A stretch of 64,000 nt of DNA from the NCBI GenBank assembly GCA_951406725.2, contig OX597830.1:67704001-67768000 (forward strand). Direction: 5' to 3'. Source of the stretch: Octopus vulgaris. Its lineage: Eukaryota. The notes beneath the pieces were generated by a model, which was given only the letters and a program-made list of their open reading frames with translations, did not search any database and had not been told where the DNA came from. Both the position numbers and the translations under genes were made by a program. Position 1 is the stretch's first letter. Each line of letters starts with the position of its first letter. Shown here piece by piece: positions 1-21,200 of the stretch.

Positions 1-343
1 TACATATGTATATATATATATATATGTGTGTACGCTCGTGTGTTTATGTATATGTAAGTATGTAGAGTTATGTGTATGTGCATGTATGTATGTATATATA
101 CATATGTGTAAATAGGTATATACGTGTATGTTTATATGTATGTTTCCGTCTGTATAAAGGGTAACTGCATGTGTATATATATCTATTATTTATTATTCAT
201 TATTTATTACTTGAGTATGCGTTTGTATGCATGTATGTATTTATGTATATAAGGAGGCGCGTGAGTGTGCGTATGTGTATGCATTCGTATAGACATATGT
301 ATACATTTATGCATGTATGTGCTTGTGTGTATATATATATGTA

Positions 344-386
<43 letters not shown>

Positions 387-481
387 GTATATGTAGATGT
401 ATGTGTATATATATGTGTAAAAATGTGCGTGTAAATGTATATATGTGTGTGTATGTGTGTGTATATATGTATGTATGTGTA

Positions 482-544
<63 letters not shown>

Positions 545-890
545 ACGCTTGTGTGTTTATGTATATGTAGGTATGTAGAGTTATGTGTGTATGTATGTAT
601 GTATGTATGTATATATATACATATGTGTAAATAGGTATATATGGGTATGTTTATATGTATGTATCCGTCTGTATAATGGGTAACTGCACGTATATATATT
701 TATTATTATTACTTGAGTATGCATGTATGTATGTATGTATACGCCTGTATGCATGTATGTATTTATGAACATAAGGAGGCGCGTGTGTGTGTGGATGTGT
801 ATGCATATGTATAGACATATGTATACATTTATGCATGTATGTACTTACGTGTATATATAGATGCGCGTGTGTGTGTGTGTATGTGTACGA

Positions 891-928
<38 letters not shown>

Positions 929-1025
929 ATGTGTATATATGTATGAAAGTATATGTGTATGTATATGTATATGTATATGTATATATATGTATATATATAT
1001 GTATATATATACATGTATATATATA
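1..1025. repeat. Degenerate (TA/TG)n-derived region made of two ~510 bp higher-order units
   Basis: The non-periodic marker GTGTACGCT(C/T)GTGTGTTTATGTATATGTA(A/G)GTATGTAGAGTTATGTG occurs at ~27 and ~541; GGGTAACTGCA and AAGGAGGCGCGTG also recur about 520 bp apart. Confidence 0.7.
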
Positions 1026-2388
1026 CCAGGAAGAAGCTGCTTAACTCAGCTCCTGCAGCACTATGACTGGGTGCTGAAACAACTGCTCAACCACTCAAAT
1101 GTGGAAGTCATATATCTCGACTTCGCAAAGGCCTTCGATAAAGTCGATCATGGAATGATATGTCACAAACTGCGTGATCTTGGCATAGTTGGAAAACTAG
1201 GAGAATGGCTTCACGACTTTCTGAAGAATAGAAGTCAGGTGGTAGTAGCCAATGGGACCACTTCCATTAGCACGCAAATAGTGAGCGGTGTTCCACAGGG
1301 CACTGTTTTGGGACCACTACTGTTCATAATGGCCCTCTCAGACATGCCCTCAGCCACGCGGAGAGCCACGATCACAAGTTATGCAGATGATACAAAAGTT
1401 TCACAGGCAATACAGAACCCTGAAGACACTAGGCACCTGCAATATGAGCTGGACGAAATATACAAGTGGGCTGAAAAGAATAGCATGCAGTTCAATGCTG
1501 AAAAGTTTCAAGCTTTATACTATCAGCATGCAAAACTGAATGCAATACCCAAGGAATACACTGGACCCGGAGGGATTGCAATCCCAGAGGCACAATCAGT
1601 GCGTGACCTGGGTATTCACATGAGTGATGACGCGACCTTTCATGTACATGTTGCTAAACTGACAGTGAAATGCAGACGGCTGGCTGGATGGATTCTTAGA
1701 ACCTTTAGAACAAGAGAACAAGAAACCATGATGGTCCTCTGGAAGACACTTGTCCTAAGTCACTTTGACTATTGCTCTCAGCTATGGTCACCATCCAGTG
1801 TCAAGTTGATCACAGAACTTGAGGCGATCCAACGAAGCTACACGAAGAAGATAGCCTCTATGCAGAATGTAAGCTACTGGGAAAGACTCAAGAGATTAAA
1901 ATTATATTCCCTGGAGCGTAGGCGGGAAAGATATGCCATAATATACATCTGGAAGATCCTGGAGGGAAGTGTCCTGAACTTTGGCATCGAGAGTTACGCA
2001 AACGCCAGAACTGGGCGCCACTGCGTGGTGCCTAGGACTCCAAACTTGCCATCAAGATGTAGGACAAGATTCTGTGATAGCCTGGGCTTCCGAGGCCCAC
2101 AGCTCTTCAATATCCTCCCGATGAACCTGAGAGACCTGCATGGGGTGGATACAGATGTCTTTAAAATGGAGCTGGATCTCTTCCTGTCAGGTGTCCCAGA
2201 TGAACCAACTTCACGGCAGGAGGGGCAGATGAGGGCAGCTGCATCGAACTCTCTCATGCACCAAATAGCAGTTGCTAGAAAGCCTCCATGAAGTGAAACC
2301 AAGTAGCAACACCAAATGGCGGTGCCCCAGCATGGCCACAGCTCATAAGCTGAAACTGGAATCAATCAATCAATCAATCAATCAATCA
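1026..2388 (+). mobile_element. 5'-truncated CR1/L2-group LINE, family A copy 1 (RT C-terminal half, 3' UTR, (AATC)n tail)
   Basis: RT motifs [46 protein letters not shown]; stop at 2291; (ATCA)n tail 2361-2388; TA-rich repeat on both sides. Confidence 0.93.
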
Positions 2389-7282
<4,894 letters not shown>

Positions 7283-8193
7283 TCGTTTCATCATCTACAT
7301 TAATGACATTAATGACATCATCAAGCACAGCAACATAAAAATCTTTACAGATGATTCCAAGCTACAGAAGGTCATAAATGAGGCGAGTGACCGGACATGC
7401 TTTCAGTCAGATCTACTGGCTGTTATCCAATGGGCAGAAAAAACAATATGCTGCTGAACGAGGATAAATTTGAGTTAAACCACTTTGGAAAAGAGGATGC
7501 CCTGAAACTCCCATACTCCCTTCCTTCAGGTGAAACTCTCGTGGCATCCAACAACATCAGAGACTGGGAGTAATTGTGGACAACAACATAAGCTGGGCCA
7601 CTCATATAAACACCAAAGTTGACATGGCCCGTAGAATGTGTTCCTGGATTCTCAGAACTTTCCAGTCGTGAGATATCCACACCATTATCCTTCTCTTCTC
7701 CACTTTTGCCCGACCCCACCTTGAATACTGTTGTCCACTGTGGTCTCCCCACACAAAACAAAGTATCATAAAAGTTGAAGCACCCCAAAGGGCAATCACA
7801 AAAAAGATAGATGGCATGACAGGCCTCGACTATTTAAGTTACATCCAAGGCTAGGGCCCCGTGCCATCCGCCCAAAACAAAAATCGCACTCTCATCTCAT
7901 AACAACAATACGGCACAATTATTTCACTTCAATTGGCCCCGCTCTATTTAACATTACACCAAAACACATTAAAACAGAAACATACCCTATAGGGTTCAAG
8001 AATTCTTTGGACAGATTCCTTCAAGAAATCCCGGATAAACCACCTACACCCGGATATGTCTCTGTAAACAATAACTCTCTACTTGAGTGGGCCATAGTGC
8101 CCAAATTCTGACTTGAAAGACTTCACCAGATGGTGCTATTAAGTTAGACATGGCCTGGACCAATAATGGCCGAAACCTATCAAAGTATCAAAC
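7283..8193 (+). mobile_element. Decayed 3' fragment of a second CR1/L2-group LINE (family B) with a (TATCAAAG)n-type tail
   Basis: Translates as [20 protein letters not shown] (YADD region) and RPHLEYCCPLWSP with frameshifts; ends TATCAAAGTATCAAA; (TA)n on both sides. Confidence 0.85.
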
Positions 8194-11412
<3,219 letters not shown>

Positions 11413-11534
11413 ACTGAACCTCACAAAGGTCCTGACAATTAATTTGTCGTATTTACATACCGAAATTTACCGGTAAATAATTGTTGGTTACATGAAAAAC
11501 CACAGAAAATTATTTACCACTTTTATTGCATATA

Positions 11535-11573
<39 letters not shown>

Positions 11574-11644
11574 TAATTGTTATCGCCGTATTAATATGGC
11601 ATTCTTATAGATATAAGAGACTTATAGAGACTTAGTAATTTTAA

Positions 11645-11705
<61 letters not shown>

Positions 11706-11708
<3 letters not shown>

Positions 11709-12202
11709 GATAAATATCAAAGTGAGTTATATACAGTAGCGGTAACACATCGTGACGTATATTTGCCATTTCAATATGGCTAACCCCTAAGGGTTGATGC
11801 TACTGTAGTTTTTAGCCCCAGGAGGACACACTCCTCTAGCTGGCCATAGACACACTTTCTGTGCCCTATCAGTATTTGCAAAGGGAAGTCATCCTTCCCG
11901 TCTTCAACTTATGATACACACGGACTCGAGTTTCGAGGTATTGACCTCTCGTCAGCGTGTGACAATCATAGTTGTCGGCGAGTGTGTCCTCCTGGGGCTA
12001 AAAACTACAGTAGCATCCACCCTTAGGGGTTAGCCATATTGAAATGGCAAATATACGTCGCGATGTGTTACCGCTACTGTATATAACTCACTTTGATATT
12101 TATCATTGTTTGATTTCACTTTTTCAATATCAGCGACAGTGGACGCTGGAAAAAGTATAAGTATTTGTGAAGAAGATCTAATTCTCGCCGACAACTACGA
12201 TT
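11706..12202. mobile_element. Penelope-like element terminal fragment: ~128 bp inverted arms (11706-11833 / 11980-12107) around a hammerhead-bearing loop
   Basis: Arms are reverse complements with about 2 mismatches; the loop holds a hammerhead; 12184-12202 is a further inverted copy of ~11965-11983. Confidence 0.75.
11917..11961 (-). ncRNA. Minimal type I hammerhead ribozyme (Penelope-type)
   Basis: Minus strand reads CACACG-CUGACGA-GAGGU(CAAU)ACCUC-GAAAC-UCGA-GUC-CGUGUG: stem I, CUGANGA core, stem II, GAAA, short palindromic stem III and GUC cleavage triplet. Confidence 0.9.
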
Positions 12203-12436
12203 TTTCATTGTCTAGGTACACCTCTTTCATCTGCATTTTGAGAATTTTGCTGCCTTTTTGTTGAATGAGTTCAATTTTTTGTTCATCGTTGTTTGTAAAT
12301 TGTTACTCGTGAATTGAACTGTTGTCCGTTGTGTAACAGTAATTTTCGCCCTACGGGGCAGAAAATTCTGTGTTTAAACATTGTCATTACCTTCGAGGTA
12401 ATATTTTTTGAAACATTTGTTCTCTAATTTGAGAAA

Positions 12437-13870
12437 TGGATTTCGACTTGGCGTCGAAGAGTGACTTTCCCGTGATGGGAAAAGGTGAACCAAAGGATAC
12501 CGAAGTCAAAAAAGTCGTTTTCGGCCGCAGTGGGCGGAACCATAACGGATGTAGAATTTAAGATTGAACAGTTATTCGAATTTCGGAACTTAGTAAAAAT
12601 GGAAGGCAATGAAATTAAACTGGTACCGCCGCAAGCGAAGGTACAGGAAATAAAGGCAAAGACAGTTGTATACAAAGTTTATAGCAACAAAGAAAAAAAA
12701 TCATGGATGTCAAAAACGAGATAGTAGAAAAGTGCTTGTCCCCGGTATGGGACAAAATTCGCCACGTTGTTCGAGGTGCTCGCATCGCTACCATTGAAGC
12801 ACATTTCGACTCGGCTGAGGTGACAAGAGAGATGTCATCAATGACCTTGAAAAGTAAGGATATCATGTTGCTACCCTCGTATATGGGGAAAAGAACAGCC
12901 AAACTACATGTAGAGAATATACCGAGAGGGTACGACATAATGTGGGTAGCAGCGGCAGTCCTGCACAACGTAGAGCGGGAAGTTTCAATTCTGCAGATGA
13001 GAAGGAAAGAGGAGGTGCGCTGGAAAGGACAAACGCTAGAACTCCTCGTTCAAGCAGAAAATAAGATACTGGAAAACTTGCTCGATAGGGTATTTAATGA
13101 GGATGGAACTTCAATGAGAGTGTCAGTGGAGGGGCGCAGACCTAGGTGCTTTAAATGTGGCGAAAAGGGTCACGTCCGCTCAAACTGTTTAAAAAAAAAG
13201 AAAATCAACGAAGCCCCTCCTCAAAGTGCTTCAAACACTGAAAGGGAGAAGGCGGAAAAAGAACCCAAGACGGCGACAAGGAAAGAAGCCGAAACGGAGG
13301 ATTTTAATGAACAAATGGAATATACACAAGTGACACACAAAAGAAAAAAAGATAACACCCTGGACTCCCCTCCCCAAACAAGGAAAAAAATCAGCAAACA
13401 CCGCAGACATACAGACAAAACAAATTCCCCAGCCCTACCCCCACGGCACTGTATTCATTGGAACACAGTTCGCCAAGCCCCTCCCCATAAAACAAGATTT
13501 GAAAAATTTTTTTTTTTTAAATGATAAGATTATAGCATTTGACGAGAAGAACGATAGGGTGTACAACTATTTTAAATTTTCAAAATTTAAACTATTCAGC
13601 AAGTCTACAGACACAAAAGCAACCACTCGCTTCGCAAAAATAAAGGAAGACGAGTGGAAGGAAGATACACTGCAAGAATATTTGAAGAATAGGCTTATAA
13701 GAGATGTAACGAAGGAAGTACTGGAGGGTAAACTTATTATAACCCCGGCAACCACACCTACCCAGAGCCCGGTGGCAACGCCGGTTAAGAGCCCTGCAGC
13801 TACGACCACAAGGGAGGAAGAAGGGGAAGCGGGCAGATTTAAACTGTCATGCTTCCTTTCTCAACCGTAA
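12437..13870 (+). pseudogene. Tx1 ORF1 (RRM-like region plus CCHC zinc knuckle), split by frameshifts
   Basis: Pieces 12485-12724, 12703-13524 and 13499-13870; VEGRRPRCFKCGEKGHVRSNC; at least two breaks are in A/T homopolymers. Confidence 0.85.
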
Positions 13871-13897
13871 GTTTATTTATTTTTTCTCTCACCGACA

Positions 13898-16800
13898 ATG
13901 GCAAAGCTGGGTTGTGTGAATGTACGTGGAATGGGGTCGAAATGGAAACAAATTTGTTTCCTGAACGACCTCACGACACACGGAGTGGACGTAGCTATTG
14001 TAACCGAGTCCAAGATGAACGGGGCCCAAGCGTTCTCGCCCCTTCTAAATGGTTTCGAGAAATTTATTTCTCCTAGCCGAGGAAGAGGAAGAGGCGTGGC
14101 AGTCCTTATCAGGAAGAGCTTGGACTTGCAGGTAAGTACTGTCTTTCTGGACCCAGAAGGCAGGCTGGTCGTTCTGGATGTGACCCACGTAAGTAAACAG
14201 TCCTTCAGGTTGGTAGCTGTCTACGCTCCGAATGAGTGTAGGCAGGCGGGTTTTTTCGGAATCTGGAGCCCTTTTTAGCGACGTCGAAAACGGTAGTCTT
14301 AGTAGGGGACTTTAACACTGTCCTTGAAGCGCGGGTCGACAGTGTTGGCTCAACCAATAGGAAGGGGAACCCTAGCCTCAAGGGTCTACTAGAGAGCTTT
14401 GATCTAGTGGACCGTTATCGACTGGATGAGCCGAGCGTTCCACAGTGGACGTGGAGTAACAACGACGGCTCACACAGATCGTATATAGATAGGATATTCG
14501 TTAAGAAAAGAGATAAGGATACTTTTAGTTGTCCACAGTTTCACATTGTGCCTTACATGGATCATAAATTTGTACGTGTAGGATGCAATTAGATAAGTGC
14601 CATAGACAGGGACCCGGGTACTGGAAGCTGAACAAGTCTATTTTGAATTGTGAAGACTTCCGTACCCGGATTAAGGTGTTAGTACAGAGGGCATTGTGTG
14701 GCACCATCATTAACAATAGATGGTGGCACTCCCTCAAAAGAGCCATTCGTTCAGAGTCCATTAGATTTAGCAATCAGCTAAGGTTAGATAGGTCTAGAAG
14801 AGAGGACGATTTAGTTAAGAATCTAAACGAGGCAATGGAAGCTGGCTCTGCATCCGGAGTGATGGCGGCAAGGACGGTATTGTACCGTCACCTTAACTCC
14901 AAACACGAAGGTTGCAGAGTCAGAGCTAAGCTACGCGCTGGGAAACGAGAAGGTATTAACGTTGCCGTATGGGCCCGTCGAGTGGAGAGTCAGAGAGGTA
15001 ACAAAGCTTCAATCAAGTCTTTAACTGACGAACAGGGACAAAAGATCTATGGACAGGAGGAGATGCAAAAGTTTCTTCACCAGCATTTCGCCCGCGTGTT
15101 CGGGGGTGGTGTGGCGCCGGAGCGGGGGAGGGTCTTAAAGGACTTCCTGGCCGGCGGACCGCGGCTCTCGGGGCGTGAGGTGGAATGCTGTGAAGAAGCG
15201 ATCACTCCCGCGGAGATAGAGGGGATACTGGCCGGATGCGCCGGGGAGAAGTCGCCGGGGTTGGATGGTCTGCCCTACGAGTTTTACCAAAGTATGCCGG
15301 ACTTGTTCGGGGGAATATTGGCAGGCGTCTACACGAACTGGCAGCAGAATGGGAGAATTCCCAGTTCTGTAAGCCGGGGAGTGGTAACGCTAATCCAGAA
15401 AGACCCGAGCAAGGGGGATAACATTAGTAATTACAGGCCCATAACTCTACTTAATGTAGAGTTAAAGATTTTGGCCAAGGTGTTGGCAAAAAGGTTGACG
15501 ATTGTCGTGGAGAAACTTGTAGGGAAAGCACAGACATGTGCAATTCCAGGCAGGTCGATCCAGGACAATCTTCACCTTATACGCTACACCTTAGATAGGG
15601 TGGGTAAATTAACCGGCAAGGACGGGGTAATGGTCCATTTAGACCAAAGTAAAGCGTTCGATAGGGTAGACCATAAGTACCTGGCGACGGTCCTCGAAGC
15701 GGCTGGACTGGGCCCTGAATTTCGCGGGTGGATCTCCGCTATGTATAGCGGCATCAAGTCCACCGTCCAGATAAACGGTTACCTAACGGAACCGTTTTCG
15801 ATCGAATGTTCAGTTCGTCAAGGGTGCCTCTTGTCACCACTTTTGTACGTGTTGGCTCTTGAGCCATTGCTGCGAAAGTTGGAGAGGCTGGGAAGTAACC
15901 CGGATGAGATCGGAGGTGGGAGGACGGTTACTGCTTATGCAGATGACGTCACCCTCATCGTGTCCAATGAGGCCCAGCTACCTTGTGTAGAAGAGGCTAT
16001 CAGAGGATACGAGGCGGTGGCAGGTGCAAGGGTTAACAAGGACAAGTCTGCTGGCTTGCGCCTCGGTACCTGGAGGAGCAAGTCGATATCGTCCAGTGTC
16101 GTGGGACACTGGACGGATGGTCCTGTTAAGTTGCTAGGAATTTGGTTTGGGTCAGACTCCCAAACGGAGAGGAATTGGAGTGAGGTGACGGGCAAGGTGG
16201 AGGCCATAGTACGGACCTGGTCCGGAAGGTTTCTGTCCTTGAAAGGAAGGGCGGAGGTGGTACAGATGTTCATTGCATCTGTAATCACTTACCGCCTGAC
16301 CGTTGTCCCTTGCCCCGATTCATGGCTTAGCAAGTTGGAGCGAATCCTTTTCCGCTTTTTGTGGAAGGGAGGAAAGCCACTTGTGAGGTGCTCCGTTTGC
16401 TGCCAGGAACCGTTAAAGGGTGGGTTAGGAATGCCTTGGTTGATGATGCGCAGACATGCGTTGAGGCTGAAGCATCTCTGGCACCACCTGGAGGGTGATA
16501 AAGTGTGGAGTCCGCTGGCAGGGGAATTTTTCCCGAGACCGGCTTCCTTAGTGAATTTTAAACCCGGTCGCATCAAAAGACGGAATCTGACTTTATGGCA
16601 AAAGGAGTGCCGACAGGCACTCACGCTGATCCACAAGGCGGGCAAGGCCGGCTGCGGAAATACCACCTCGGTATTTTATAGCAGGCTGGTAGAGGCAAAG
16701 AACGACGACGTCCTAGGAGGGGCTCTGGGGTTTGACGAAGACCAGCGTACCAACCTGTTTAAAAAGACTTTCAGGACGGGGTATTTGGATAATTTCCAAA

Positions 16801-17285
16801 GATCCCTGGCCTGGCAGTGTTATAGGAATGCTTTACCTGTTCGCGAGAAGTTATCGCGGCACGGAATTTCAGTGCCACCGACGTGTCCAAGATGCGGGTT
16901 GGACGATGAAACCGTCCAGCACGCTTTTGTACACTGTCGGAAGTTGTCAGACTTGATAAGTTACGCAGAATACGTGTTATCGCATCTGGGACGAGTACAG
17001 CTGTCGGCTGAGTCTATGATTAAGATGATACCGCCAACTGGACTCTCGAAGGAAGGTGAGGCATGTTTTCACTGCACGGTTGCAGTAGTAAAAGAATGCA
17101 TGTGGCGTACAAGAATGGAAGGAGTCGCAACAGGATCCTTTGTCTCAGGCCCCGGCTTGCTCACTTACTTCAGATATCATCTGAAGAGCAAAATGGGGCT
17201 GGAAAAGAAGATCTTACCACGAGGTGTGTATGAAAAAAGATGGAAGGAAGTGGCAAAAAAGGTGGGTGTCAGAAACCCAGCTTAA
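13898..17285 (+). pseudogene. Tx1 ORF2 (APE endonuclease, RT, C-terminal zinc finger) with 2 frameshifts
   Basis: CVNVRG, VYAPN, GDFN, SYIDRI, GPGYWKLN, KSPGLDG, YRPITLLN, DQSKAFDRV, SVRQGC, AYADD, CPRC..ETVQHAFVHC. Confidence 0.92.
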
Positions 17286-17381
17286 CTATGGATGGAGGAG
17301 AGGAAAGAAAAGCTGCGGGGCCTTATAATTATAAAGCTGCGGGGCCTTGAGAATTATTTTCTCTTTCATTGAAATGAATGA

Positions 17382-17385
<4 letters not shown>

Positions 17386-17454
<69 letters not shown>

Positions 17455-17475
17455 GTGAGAGAGAGAAGGAGGAGA
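17386..17475. repeat. (GA)n/(GAAA)n microsatellite
   Basis: Directly visible. Confidence 0.95.
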
Positions 17476-17881
17476 TGGTAAAGTGGTTAACATTCATGTG
17501 TTGAGTTCAAATCCACTGTTGAGACATGTGTTTCTATGTACATAACTTTATTTTATATTGTCACAACTCGGCTCTAAGGAATTAGTACCAAAACAATTTA
17601 GTTCAGTCTCAGACCAGAATAACAGTTGACTCTATCTATTTTACTATTGTCATTGAAATTTGGTTCTGATAATGTCACTATAAATCATCCCTGAAATGTG
17701 TTACAGCTAAGCTCACATTAAATTCGTTTTATATAATGCCTTTATTTACAGGGAGACAACGTTATAGGATAGTATGTGTGTGTTTTAAAGGAATTTTCAA
17801 AATATTTATTCATTCTTAGATAACTTCTTATTTGAAGATCTAATTTTAATGAATTCTTTAAATTTCTTCTTTTATTATCAG

Positions 17882-17964
17882 GGATCTGGTGGAGCAGCAG
17901 ACGTTATGGCAAATGTTTACCGAAAATTATTTGAATATCTAAAGAAAGAACACTTAGATTTCCG
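17882..17964 (+). CDS. Host exon of a TRPM-like cation channel (MHR/SLOG region)
   Basis: Pyrimidine tract plus CAG acceptor at 17879-17881 and GT donor at 17965; encodes GSGGAADVMANVYRKLF..., resembling the TRPM GSG(R/G)AAD motif; ends in phase 2. Confidence 0.7.
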
Positions 17965-18228
17965 GTTTGTTCTTTATTTTGATCGAATAATAATTTTGTC
18001 ATTGTGCTGAAGTGGGAGTAATTTTTTTTTTCACTTAGGTGACCTAATTAGCAGGTGACCTAGTTAGCTCAGAGGAAATCTTCTCGAAATTAAATTGTGG
18101 GAAAAATTTCAGAGGTTTTACCTCTGTTACTAATCAAATGTTGTGTGCAAAATAGAAGACTGTCGTGGTTCAGTCATGTGATGCATATTGGTGAGGACAA
18201 TTGCATAAAGAAGGAACTTGTAGAAGAT

Positions 18229-21200
18229 TGTTGTGGAAGAATCCTGAACACTCCCACTTGACTGTATTGATTACTTTGGTGGAGGCGCAATGGCCCAGTG
18301 GTTAGGGCAGCGGACTCGCGGTCATAGGATTGCGGTTTCGATTCCCAGACCGGGCGTTGTGAGTGTTTATTGAGCGAAAACACCTAAAGCTCCACGAGGC
18401 TCCGGCAGGGGATAGTGGTGATCCCTGCTGTACTCTTTCACCACAACTTTCTCTTACTTCCTGTTTTTTTTGTACCTGTATTTCAAAGGGCCGGCCTTGT
18501 CACTCTCTGTGTCACGCTCAATATCCCCGAGAACTACGTTAAGGGTACGCGAGTCTGTGGAGTGCTCAGCCACTTACACGTTAATTTCACGAGCAGGCTG
18601 TTCCGTTGATTCGGATCAACCGGAAACTTCGTCGTCGTAACCGACGGAGTGCTTCCCATTGATTACTTTGTTAGGGCGATGTGTCTAGGTTTAATATCGT
18701 ACCCACGTTCAAGTGGCACGGGTTCCTTGTAAACATAATAATCCTGCAATAGGTTATTTTAGATAACCACATGTTAGATATTTATTTGGGCAATACTTTT
18801 TTACACCCCGACGTGTAAACGCATGTCATAACATTTTTGGCGACGAGAGTATTTCGAATCTCATGCTGGGCAGATTGTTGCTAGAACACGGGAAGTTCAC
18901 CAGCTGCTCTAATTCAAACAGAGCAACAAGAACAATGGCAGTTGTTGTTGATACAAAAACAGCAACAAAACTAGCAACTGTAGAAGCAGCAGCAGCAGCA
19001 TCAACGGTTGTTGGGGTTTCAGAAGCAATAGCAAATCTTAGTACAGCTAATACAGAATAAAATAGAAAATACATTCAGTTCATTCACTCCTGACATGGTC
19101 GCAAACTCCATAGGAGAACTCGCATATGACCTAAATGAGGGCAGTAACTTTCCTGCTTACGTTTGAAGGTATAAAGAAATTCTTAGTGAAGAAGGCTTCG
19201 ACTGACAAGATGAAAAATCTCGACTCTCATTGAGAAAGTTAGGGCTAGCCGAGATGAGAAATATTGCTGTTACATATTATCAAAGAGACTGGGTGAAGTC
19301 TGTTTTGAAGAAACTGTGGATACTGTATCCAAAATTTTCAATGAAAAATTCTTTATTTGATATGCGCTGGTACTGCATAAATGATACAAAAAAGAGGACG
19401 ATGATTTTATTACATATGCTGAAATTGTTATTAGGGAATGCGAGAGATTTAAAATCAATGAATTACCAAAATTCTTAATTTTCATGCACGGTTTAATGGC
19501 AAAGGAAGATGCAGAAATTTGTAACTGAATTCTGACTAAATTTGAGCAGAATCAGAAGCTAATACTACAAGGAATAGCTGGGGAATGCTGGAGAATAATA
19601 AACTTAAGACATGATAGGAAACAAATTGAAGTGATTAACTGCTCTTATATACAGTAATGAAAAGCAGAAAACTAATCCTTATAAAAATCTAAAATGCTTC
19701 AAGTATGGTAAGATAGGTCATACTAAATCACACTGGACTCCCCTCCACCAAAACATAAAGTAGAAAAGAGTTCAATAGAAAAATAATGTCACCACTTTTA
19801 CGGCGACATGAAATACAAACGGGACGCAAAGGAAATTTATGGATGTAAAAATTAATAAGAAATGTAAAATAACAACTAGATACAGGTAATGACATTACTT
19901 TAATTATTGAAAACACAAGGAAAAGAATCGGGAAATCTATGCTACAAAAATCCTCGAAGATTGCACGTGGTGTCTCAGGAATTAAATTAATTTCTAAAGA
20001 CAAAATTATCTGTAACGTTACATTTCGCAGTAAGATTTTAAAGGCGAAATCTTATGTATAAAAATATACAAGCAACCTTTCTAGGATTGGCTGGATGGAA
20101 CTGTTTGACTTATAGGATTTGCACATAAACAAGATTTGTAAAAATGTAATGGAGTCATACGCCAGTTCAAATACAGAGGTAGAAAGTTTTTAAAAAGAAG
20201 TGAATAAAGTAGTTCCCTGATGGTTTTTTGGACAAGTAGGATCAGTGCAATAAATTCAAAGCCAACTTTTAGGTAAAAGAAAATTCATTATTGGTTTTCA
20301 AACACACAAGTAATTTACCATTTGAAACAATGGAACAGATAAATAAAGAATTAGACAGACTGTAAAAAATGAAAGTAATTGGAAAGATTGATTACTCAGG
20401 CTGGGCGAGTTCAATAGTATATACGTTAGAAAAAAAGTACAATAAAATACGTGCTTGTGCAATTTTCTTGACAGGAGTAAGAGAATATTTAAGACAGTAT
20501 TAGTGCCCATTACCTATCCCAGAGGAAATCTTCTCGAAACTGAATTGTGGTAAATTTTTCTCGAAATTAGATCTTTCTGATGCAAATTCAAGTGGAAGAT
20601 GAATGTTCTAAGCTACTAACAATTAATACCCATAAATGTCTGTAGAAATTTACTCGGCTTCTGTTTGGCATAAAAGTTGCTCTAGCTATAATCCATCGAG
20701 TGATGGCTGTGATGCTAGCAGAGCGTGACTTCATAATGGCCTATGTGGATGATATATTAATTAAAAGTGAATCCCGAGATCAGCATGTCACGCATGTAAA
20801 ATGTGTTTTTGAAAAAGTAAGAGATTATGTTTTCAAACTGAGCGAGGAGAAATGCGAATATTAAATATTTAGGACAAAACATTGATAAAAATTGTGGTTG
20901 ACCAGATCCACCGAAGGCAGATGCGATTAAAAATATACTTCACTCCAATAAGTATGTCTACCTTACAATCCTATTATATATACCTGATAATCTATTATGA
21001 AATTTATATACCAAATATGCACAAGGTAACAGCTTTACTAAATAATCTACTAAAAAAATGTGGAAATCGTCTGAAAATTGTCAGAAGGTTTTCGTCGAAA
21101 TTAAAACATATTATCATCAGATTTGTCTTTAACACATTTCGATCCTGCAGTGGAGATTACAGTACCTTTAGATGTCAGTGGGTACAGTATCGGAGCAGTA

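Larger units (their letters stand above)
12205..17385 (+). mobile_element. Full-length Tx1-clade (L1 group) LINE with frameshifted ORF1 and ORF2
   Basis: T-rich 5' UTR, ORF1 with CCHC knuckle, ORF2 with APE-RT-zinc finger, short 3' UTR running into (GA)n/(GAAA)n. Boundaries approximate. Confidence 0.9.

Noticed and set aside
18279-18360. tRNA gene candidates here and at ~60800
   Set aside because: A/B boxes are present but continue into SINE bodies with no complete cloverleaf; one has a TSD.
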